This document shows, piece by piece, positions 40,002-47,351 of a DNA stretch of 64,000 nucleotides. Numbering within the stretch: position 1 is the first letter of the stretch; each line of letters starts with the position of its first letter. The notes below the pieces were generated by a model. That model was not told the DNA's origin. It saw only the letters and a program-made list of their open reading frames with translations, and searched no databases. The position numbers and the translations under genes are program-made. Source of the stretch: Dehalococcoidia bacterium (GTDB lineage: Bacteria; Chloroflexota; Dehalococcoidia; Lucifugimonadales; G963668185); assembly GCA_965237445.1 (NCBI GenBank), contig OZ250142.1, positions 386,824-450,823 on the forward strand, in the 5' to 3' direction.

Positions 40002-41201
40002 ATGCAGCTGTACACCTACCAGCACAGACGTAACAGGCTTGACAGGCTGGAGCCAAGCTTTCCAAACAGCTGGCATTCCGATCCCGAGCACTACCAGAAG
40101 GAGCTCGAGGCTTTCTGGTACCGCATGTGGATCAACGTCTGCAGGTCGGAAGAGGTCTCCTCGCCCAGGGACTACAAGGTCGTCACGATCGGCGAGCAGA
40201 ACATCGTCCTGACAAGGGACCTGAAGGGAAACCTCAGCGCCTTCCACAACACCTGCAGGCACCGAGGCTCCATCCTGTGCACGCAGGACGAGGGCCGCTT
40301 CGAGGGCGGCTCCATCGTCTGCCCGTACCACGCCTGGACGTACTCGTTGGAAGGGAACCTGATCGCCACGCCGCACCAGCTTGAGTCGGCCGACTTCGAC
40401 ATGAAAGACTACTCGCTCTACGAGGCGGCAGTCGGCGAGTGGGGCGGCTTCGTGTTCGTCAACCTCACGCCGGGGGAAGCTGAGCCGCTCGAGAGTGTGC
40501 TGGGCGACGCTCCCCTGAAGTTCGAGAACTACCATCCGGAAAGGCTCAAACTTGGCTTCCGGTACGTGAAGGAGATCAAGGCGAACTGGAAGCTCTGGTT
40601 CGAGAACTTCACCGAGTGTTTCCACTGCCCACAGGTCCATCCGGAACTCGTCAGCGTCGTACCGATATTCTCGAAGGGACTGAGCGGCGTCCAGCAGGAC
40701 CCGGAATGGCGCGACTCAGGGGGCGAGACGATGCTGCTGTACGGCATGGACATCATACCGGGAGGCAAAACGTGGACGATGGACGGACAGCTCAGCGGCC
40801 CGACGCTTAGCGGGCTGACCGAGGAGGAGGCGAACAGCGTCATCACCGGGATGCATCTCAGGCCGAACCTTTTCTTCATTGCGCACCCGGACTACGTGCA
40901 CACCCAGCAGATTATCCCCACGAGCCCTACAACGGTCCAACTCACGTGGGACTACCTGTTCGAGCCGGAGACGATGGAGCGCGACGACTTCGACGCCAAG
41001 CGCGCATACGAGCTGTGGCACATCACGAACCTACAGGACGCGCAGAACGTCGAGTGGCAGCAGTCAGGCATCGAGAGCGGAAGCAAGCACCACGAGTACA
41101 GCGTGTTCGTGCCGCAGGAGACGGGGCCGCACCATTTCAACAACTGGGTCATGGAGGTCATGGAAGCTGCCGGCCACACGGTGGTTAGGCGGGACTCCTA
41201 G
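40002..41201 (+). CDS. Rieske non-heme-iron oxygenase alpha subunit, paralog R7
   Basis: SD ggagg before the ATG. Rieske motif and ENFTECFHCPQVHPEL. 399 aa. Confidence 0.9.
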   Translation: MQLYTYQHRRNRLDRLEPSFPNSWHSDPEHYQKELEAFWYRMWINVCRSEEVSSPRDYKVVTIGEQNIVLTRDLKGNLSAFHNTCRHRGSILCTQDEGRFEGGSIVCPYHAWTYSLEGNLIATPHQLESADFDMKDYSLYEAAVGEWGGFVFVNLTPGEAEPLESVLGDAPLKFENYHPERLKLGFRYVKEIKANWKLWFENFTECFHCPQVHPELVSVVPIFSKGLSGVQQDPEWRDSGGETMLLYGMDIIPGGKTWTMDGQLSGPTLSGLTEEEANSVITGMHLRPNLFFIAHPDYVHTQQIIPTSPTTVQLTWDYLFEPETMERDDFDAKRAYELWHITNLQDAQNVEWQQSGIESGSKHHEYSVFVPQETGPHHFNNWVMEVMEAAGHTVVRRDS

Positions 41202-41288
41202 GCGGCATCCGCCGGAAAGCGTTGCGGAACAGGCGAGAGGAAGCCCTAACGGGAATGACGGTGTTCAGGGGCGCATGTAGGGAACATC

Positions 41289-41654
41289 ATGAGCAAGAGC
41301 TTGCTTCTGCTTGTCACGGTGACTTTACTACTAGTTGCCTGTACCGGTAGGGGCGAGCCGCAAGAAGAAACCGAGGCGCGATTCAAGATTACCGTTATCA
41401 ACGGCGAGATCGCGGGATTCGAGTTAGCAGATCAACCCGACGTATTCGGACCGGATGTGACGTGGGATGAAGTGTTCCTGTACTCCCCCCGCGCGATTCT
41501 GGAGGTCAGGCAGGAGCGAATCCCCGATGACGGGGCTGACTATACGATTGAGGTATTCTACGTAAGCGAGTACAGGAGCGAAGACTTGATGGCGATTGCT
41601 GACGAGTTAGACTTGTCGGCCTTATCCAACGAAGCGACAGCATTGGACGAATAG
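41289..41654 (+). CDS. Small hypothetical lipoprotein inserted in the oxygenase array
   Basis: MSKSLLLLVTVTLLLVAC signal peptide plus lipobox. 121 aa, acidic, lower GC. No family recognised. Confidence 0.55.
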   Translation: MSKSLLLLVTVTLLLVACTGRGEPQEETEARFKITVINGEIAGFELADQPDVFGPDVTWDEVFLYSPRAILEVRQERIPDDGADYTIEVFYVSEYRSEDLMAIADELDLSALSNEATALDE

Positions 41655-41742
41655 GATAACCAGGAGAGGGGTCTTTGCAATGCTGCCAACCACCCGCTCA
41701 CTGCCCGTGTCACCCTCACCCTACCCTCTCCCATCGAGGAGA

Positions 41743-41861
41743 CTTTTGCATAACCAACTTTCGTGGGGATGAGAACCCCATCCCAACCTTCCCCAGCAGA
41801 CTGGGGAAGGGGTCAAAGGAGTGCTTCCGCTGGCGTAGGCGACAGTTTTGCAAAGGTCTCC
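41743..41861. repeat. MITE-like element, copy B (copy A at 6799-6916)
   Basis: Same termini and internal palindrome as copy A. Preceded by a caccctcaccctaccctctccc block that also occurs at about 5093-5125. Confidence 0.75.
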
Positions 41862-41964
41862 ATCTAGGGAGAGGGGATTGTTGGCATTGATGCAAGATTG
41901 CGCAAACGTCTCGACGCAGGCAAGCTAAGGTACAATTCAAGCTGGCACCCTGGCTAGCTACCTG

Positions 41965-42082
41965 CAAGCACCACGAGTACAGCGTGTTCGTGCCGCAGGA
42001 GACGGGGCCGCACCATTTCAACAACTGGGTCATGGAGGTCATGGAGTCGGCCGGGCACACCGTGGTTAGGAGGGACTCCTAG
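41965..42082 (+). pseudogene. 3'-terminal remnant of a Rieske oxygenase paralog
   Basis: The first 82 nt are identical to R7 nt 41083-41164. It ends with the same ...VVRRDS-TAG tail. No upstream coding part is present. Confidence 0.85.
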
Positions 42083-42142
42083 CCGCAGTCCCCGGGTGAA
42101 TGCCGCTCAGGATGCAATTGTAAGACATATGGGGGTCTGCGG

Positions 42143-43378
42143 GTGACACAACAGAGCGATTGTTGCGGGACCACCTATGAGGGCGAGATCGAGGTGCGCT
42201 CTTCGAGCGCCGGAATACGGCCTCTGGAACTGCTTAAAGGCATGGGCACCAGCTTCTCCAACCACTGGCACTACGACCCGGAGCACCACCGCAGGGAACT
42301 GGACGTTTTCTGGTATAGCATGTGGGTCTACGTGTGCCGGTCCGAGGAAGTATCGTCTCCCAGGGACTATAAAGTCGTCACGATCGGCGACCAGAACGTC
42401 ATCATCACCAGAGACCTCAAGGGCAACGTCCGGGCCTTCCACAACACATGCCGGCATCGCGGCTCGATCCTGTGCACGCAGGAGCAGGGCCGGTTCGAGG
42501 GCGGCTCCATCGTCTGCCCGTACCATGCCTGGACCTACTCGCTGGAAGGCGACCTGATCGCCACGCCGCACCAGCTTGAGTCGGCGGACTTCGACATGAA
42601 AGACTACTCGCTGTACGGCGTTGCCGCCGGCGAGTGGGGCGGCCTGGTGTTCGTCAACCTCGCGGGCGACCGAGCCGAGCCTCTCGAGGAAGCGCTCGGC
42701 GACGCGCCGCAGAGGCTGAAGAATTACCGCCTCGAGGAGTTACGTCTGGGCTTTAGATACGTGGCGAACCTAAGTGCGAACTGGAAGCTATGGTTCGAGA
42801 ACTATACCGAATGCTTCCATTGCCCATCGGTCCACCTAGAACTGATCAATCTCGTGCCGATTTACTCAAAGGGGCTGGTGGACGTGCGGCAGGACCCGGA
42901 GTGGAAGACGAGCGGCGGCGAGTCAATGAAGCTCGTAGGCGCGGACATCATCCCCGGCGGCATGACGTGGACGATGGACGGCCGGCTCAGCGGCCCGCCG
43001 ATCAGCACCCTCTCCGAACAGGAGCTACAGCACCCCGTGAACGGAACGGTGCTGCGGCCCAGCCTGTTCATGAGCACGCACCCGGACTACGTTCACACGC
43101 AGCGCCTTCTCCCGACTGGACCGAACACACTCCAGCTAACGTGGGACTACCTGTTCGAGCCCGAGACGATGGAGCGCGAAGACTTTGACGCCAAGCGTGC
43201 CTACGAGCTCTGGCACATCACGAACCAGCAGGACGCGCAGAACGTCGAGTGGCAGCAGGCAGGCATCGAGAGCGGCCGCAAGGTGCACAAGCGCAGCGTC
43301 TTCTCGATCCAGGAGACTGGGCCCAACGCCTTCAATCAATGGATACAGGAAAGACTAAACGGAGGAGGCGAGCATTGA
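42143..43378 (+). CDS. Rieske non-heme-iron oxygenase alpha subunit, paralog R8
   Basis: Rieske motif and ENYTECFHCPSVHLEL. The start is uncertain: GTG 42143 or ATG 42242. Confidence 0.85.
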   Translation: MTQQSDCCGTTYEGEIEVRSSSAGIRPLELLKGMGTSFSNHWHYDPEHHRRELDVFWYSMWVYVCRSEEVSSPRDYKVVTIGDQNVIITRDLKGNVRAFHNTCRHRGSILCTQEQGRFEGGSIVCPYHAWTYSLEGDLIATPHQLESADFDMKDYSLYGVAAGEWGGLVFVNLAGDRAEPLEEALGDAPQRLKNYRLEELRLGFRYVANLSANWKLWFENYTECFHCPSVHLELINLVPIYSKGLVDVRQDPEWKTSGGESMKLVGADIIPGGMTWTMDGRLSGPPISTLSEQELQHPVNGTVLRPSLFMSTHPDYVHTQRLLPTGPNTLQLTWDYLFEPETMEREDFDAKRAYELWHITNQQDAQNVEWQQAGIESGRKVHKRSVFSIQETGPNAFNQWIQERLNGGGEH

Positions 43379-44589
43379 GACCTAGCTCTTCGCCGGAAGA
43401 CGTAGGCAGTTCCGGCGGGCCGAATCTCAAGCCTAACTTGTTGCTGGACGGGATGGGCACGAGCTTCCCGAACCGCTGGCATTACGATCCGGACCACTAT
43501 CGGAAGGAACTCGAGGTATTCTGGTACAGCATGTGGGTCTACGCATGTCGCTCCGAAGACATAGGCTCTCCGAGAGAGTACAGAGTCGTCTCGATTGGCG
43601 ACCAGAACGTCATTGTGACCAGGGACCTCAAAGGCAACGCCCGAGCTTTCCACAACACGTGCCGTCATCGCGGCTCCATACTGTGCACGCAGGACGAGGG
43701 CCGCTTCGAGGGCGGGTCCATCGTGTGCCCGTATCATGCGTGGACCTACTCGCTCGAGGGTGACCTGATCGCCACACCCCACCAGTTGGAGTCGGCCGAC
43801 TTCAGCATGCAGGACTATTCGCTGTACAACGTAGCCATTGGCGAGTGGGGAGGGTTCGTCTTCGTGAACCTCGCCGGTGACCGGGCCGAACCCCTGGAAG
43901 TCGCGCTCGGCGACGCGACGCGGCGGCTCAAGAACTATCGCCTAGAGGACCTGCGGCTCGGTTGGAGGTACGTCGCGAACGTCAAGGCGAACTGGAAGCT
44001 GTGGTTCGAGAACTTCACGGAATGCTTCCACTGCCCGTCGGTGCACCCTGAGTTAATCAGCCTGGTGCCGATCTTCTCCAAGGGCCTCACGGACACTCGT
44101 CAGGACCCGGAGTGGAGGCCGTCCGGCGGCGACACAATATCGCTATCCGGGGCTGACATGATTCCGGGCGGCAAAACATGGACGATGGACGGCCAGCTAA
44201 GCGGCCCGCCAATAAGCACGCTCACCGATGCGGAGCTGAACACCCCGAGGGACGGGACGATAATGCGGCCCAGCCTGTTCATCAGGACTCATCCGGACTT
44301 CGTCCACACGCAGCGATTGCTGCCGACCGGCCCGAACACGCTCCAGCTTACGTGGGACTTCCTGTTCGAGCCGGAGACGATGGCACGCGACGACTTCGAT
44401 CCCAAGCGCGCCTACGAGCTTTGGCAAATCACGAACCTGCAGGATGCACAGAACGTCGAGTGGCAACAGGCAGGCATCGAGGGCGGCCGCAGGGTGCATA
44501 ACCGGAGCGTCTTCTCGATTCAGGAGCCCGGGCCCAACGCATTCAACCAATGGATACGGGAAAAACTGGAGGGAGGAAGCCAGCATTGA
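43375..44589 (+). CDS. Rieske non-heme-iron oxygenase alpha subunit, paralog R9
   Basis: In-frame TTG 43375 overlaps the R8 stop (TTGA), with ggaggagg upstream. Alternative start ATG 43453. The longer track ORF from 43249 overlaps R8. Confidence 0.85.
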   Translation: MRPSSSPEDVGSSGGPNLKPNLLLDGMGTSFPNRWHYDPDHYRKELEVFWYSMWVYACRSEDIGSPREYRVVSIGDQNVIVTRDLKGNARAFHNTCRHRGSILCTQDEGRFEGGSIVCPYHAWTYSLEGDLIATPHQLESADFSMQDYSLYNVAIGEWGGFVFVNLAGDRAEPLEVALGDATRRLKNYRLEDLRLGWRYVANVKANWKLWFENFTECFHCPSVHPELISLVPIFSKGLTDTRQDPEWRPSGGDTISLSGADMIPGGKTWTMDGQLSGPPISTLTDAELNTPRDGTIMRPSLFIRTHPDFVHTQRLLPTGPNTLQLTWDFLFEPETMARDDFDPKRAYELWQITNLQDAQNVEWQQAGIEGGRRVHNRSVFSIQEPGPNAFNQWIREKLEGGSQH

Positions 44590-45806
44590 ACTCGAATCCA
44601 TCGCCGGACACCATTGTCAGCTCAGTCAGCGCAGACATGCGCCCTACGATCTTGCTGGACGGAATGGGGAAGAGCTTCCCGAACCACTGGCACTACGATA
44701 CGGACCACTACCGGAAGGAGTTGGATGCCTTTTGGTACAGTATGTGGGTCTACGCCTGCCGCTCTGAGGACATTGCCACACCAAGGGACTACCAAGTGGT
44801 CACCATAGGCAACCAGAACGTCATCGTCACCAGAGACCTCCGGGGCAACGTCCGGGCCTTCCACAATACATGCCGGCACCGCGGCTCAATTCTCTGCACG
44901 GAGGACAAGGGACGCTTCGAGGGCGGATCCATCGTCTGCCCGTATCATGCGTGGACCTACTCGCTCGAGGGCGACTTGATCGCCACACCCCACCAGCTAG
45001 AGTCGGCCGACTTCGAAATGAATGACTATTCGCTATACAGCGTAGCCGTGGGAGAGTGGGACGGATTCGTGCTTGTTAACCTGGCGGGAGACCGTGCCGA
45101 GCCGTTGGAGGACGCTCTCGGCGACGCGCCTCAGAGGCTCAAGAACTACCGCCTCAAGGATTTACGGCTTGGCTGGAGGTACGTCGCGAACCTCAATGCG
45201 AACTGGAAGCTGTGGTTCGAGAATTTCACCGAGTGCTTCCATTGCCCGCAGGTCCACCCGGAGCTCGTCAGCCTCGTGCCCATATACGCCAAGGGCCTCG
45301 TGGATGTGCGCCAGGAACCCGGGTGGGAGCCGTCCGGAGGCGACACTCTGACGTTGGTGGGCGCCGACATTATCCCCGGAGGCAAGACCTGGACAATGGA
45401 CGGCCAGCTTAGCGGCCCTGCCATAAGCACTCTCTCCCAGCGGGAGTGCGGCATACCGATCAATGGCACAATCCTCAAGCCAAGCCTGTTCGTGAGCACA
45501 CACCCCGACTATGTGCACGTCCAAAGGCTTCTGCCGACCGGCCCAAACACGCTCCAGCTAACGTGGGACTACCTGTTCGAGCCAGAGACTATGGAGCGCG
45601 ATGATTTCGATCCTAAGCGCGCCTACGAACTGTGGCACATTACCAACCTGCAGGATGCGCAGAACGTCGAGTGGCAGCAGGCGGGCATCGAAGGCGGACG
45701 CCGTGTCCACCACAAGAGCATGTTCGCGCGCCAGGAGACGGGGCCCTACTGGTTCAATCGCTGGGTGGAAGACACCCTGGAGGCCACCGGCGCCATCACG
45801 GAGTAG
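44586..45806 (+). CDS. Rieske non-heme-iron oxygenase alpha subunit, paralog R10
   Basis: In-frame TTG 44586 overlaps the R9 stop (TTGA), with ggagggagg upstream. Alternative start ATG 44637. Confidence 0.85.
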   Translation: MNSNPSPDTIVSSVSADMRPTILLDGMGKSFPNHWHYDTDHYRKELDAFWYSMWVYACRSEDIATPRDYQVVTIGNQNVIVTRDLRGNVRAFHNTCRHRGSILCTEDKGRFEGGSIVCPYHAWTYSLEGDLIATPHQLESADFEMNDYSLYSVAVGEWDGFVLVNLAGDRAEPLEDALGDAPQRLKNYRLKDLRLGWRYVANLNANWKLWFENFTECFHCPQVHPELVSLVPIYAKGLVDVRQEPGWEPSGGDTLTLVGADIIPGGKTWTMDGQLSGPAISTLSQRECGIPINGTILKPSLFVSTHPDYVHVQRLLPTGPNTLQLTWDYLFEPETMERDDFDPKRAYELWHITNLQDAQNVEWQQAGIEGGRRVHHKSMFARQETGPYWFNRWVEDTLEATGAITE

Positions 45807-45844
45807 TGGCCCGGCGCGGCAGACCGATAGCCGTCACATGCCGG

Positions 45845-45866
45845 AAGCCGCTCCGCAGAGCGGCTT
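45845..45866. terminator. Hairpin between convergent genes (end of the oxygenase array / end of the methyltransferase pseudogene)
   Basis: aagccgctc-cgca-gagcggctt, 9-bp stem. There is no clear U-tract. Confidence 0.45.
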
Positions 45867-45956
45867 GGCTTAAGTGTCAGGCCTAAAGTGTAGGACTTCG
45901 GCTGACCGTTCCACTGAACGTGTGATAACCACGAGTTCGCACAACGCGAAACAGGC

Positions 45957-47023
45957 CTACGCGGCTACTCGCGGCGATGGGATTCGACCCGGCAGGCCGC
46001 CCCGCAGGGGCTCTATGTAGTCGGCGCCGAACCCGCAGCAGCCGCCAATGATCTGGGCACCCATTTCTACCCACTTCGCCGCCTCACGCGTCAGGTCCCC
46101 GGGAGACTCTTCATTGGTAAGGCTAGCGTCATGCCAGGTCTCGATGAAGTCTTCCCTGCCTGAATCGGGGTAGGCTACGACGGGACCGGACCACTGCGCG
46201 AGCATGACCCGAAGCGCTTCCGTTGTGGCGCCTAACCTGGCGTGGAAAACGCCGAGCACGTCGGGCTCCAGCTTGACGATCTCCGCCATGCCCTCCGCCA
46301 GGGTCATTTCTTCGTTGACGGACCTCCAATCGGATGTCCACATCGGCATTCCCATGCCCCCGCTGTAAGCGTGGCGTGCACCGCCGAAGTCCATCCTTAC
46401 GGTCTGGCCGTCAGGCGCCATGGAGGCGGTAAACGCCACCCACACCGGCAGGCCCGTGGCCTTGGCCGCCTCGGTCGAGATCGCCCTGGACTCGTTGTCG
46501 GCCCACATGTTCTCGATTAGCAGGAAGTCGACACCCGACTCGGCCAGCACCTCGGCCTGCTCATCGCAGTACGTCCTCAACTCCTGCGCCGAAAGGCTGG
46601 CGCCGTAGCCGTAGCCGGTGCCTCCCTGCAGCGTGCCGGTCCTTGAGTCGCGAACGGGCATCCGGCACGACGATGGAGCCAGCGATGTAGACGGCCCTGT
46701 CGCCGGCGGACCCGGTCCCGGGCCTCAATGGCGGCGTCGACCGCACGGGTATTGATCTCCCTGACCTTGTCAATGTATCCGGACGCCTCCAGCGCCGGGC
46801 GTATGGTGTTGAAGGTGTTGGTGGTTATGATGTCTGCACCAGCCTTGATGTAACGCTGGTGCATCAACCGGACGGTTGCATAGTGCGTGTAGTTGGCAGG
46901 GCCGCACCACGACGCCGGGTCCATAGGCGCCCCCATAGTCTGGAGCTCCGTTCCTATGGCCCCATCCAGGATGATGACCTCGCCCTCATCCATTCGGCTT
47001 TTCAGACTCTCATAGTTGGACAT
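45957..47023 (-). pseudogene. Homocysteine S-methyltransferase-family (BHMT/MmuM-like) gene spread over three frames
   Basis: The N-terminus (ILDGAIGTEL...TNTF) is in frame 46577-47023. The short piece AGDRAVYIAGSIVVP is in a second frame. The C-terminal part (...IIGGCCGFGADYI, zinc-Cys motif) is in frame 45957-46661. Shifts lie near 46700-46725 and 46655-46668. Confidence 0.75.
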
Positions 47024-47283
47024 GACCTGGACCTCCGTTGCGGCTCAGCAGTTCATCAAACAAAATCTCGTCGACGCGCAATGCTTGAAGGCCGTCATAG
47101 TAGGTTTTCTCACAGGTATGGTCAACAGGACGCGGGAGAACTTGCACGAACAGGTGCGAGGCTGGAATCAGATCGAACTCAGCGTGTTCGCGCCCCGGCA
47201 TTCGGGGCGGTCATGGTCCAACCGCTGGGTGTAGGACACGTTGGCGGCTGCGGGTTCAGACACATAGTAGACCGGCGCACAAG

Positions 47284-47319
47284 AGAAGGCGGGGCGAAAA
47301 ATGGATCGCCCCGCCTTCT
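47284..47319 (-). terminator. Perfect 13-bp hairpin downstream of the FAD oxidoreductase gene
   Basis: agaaggcggggcg-N10-cgccccgccttct. No U-tract, so its function as a terminator is an inference. Confidence 0.45.
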
Positions 47320-47351
47320 GAGAACTCTCTGTGGCCGGTTTGCGACCAGCG

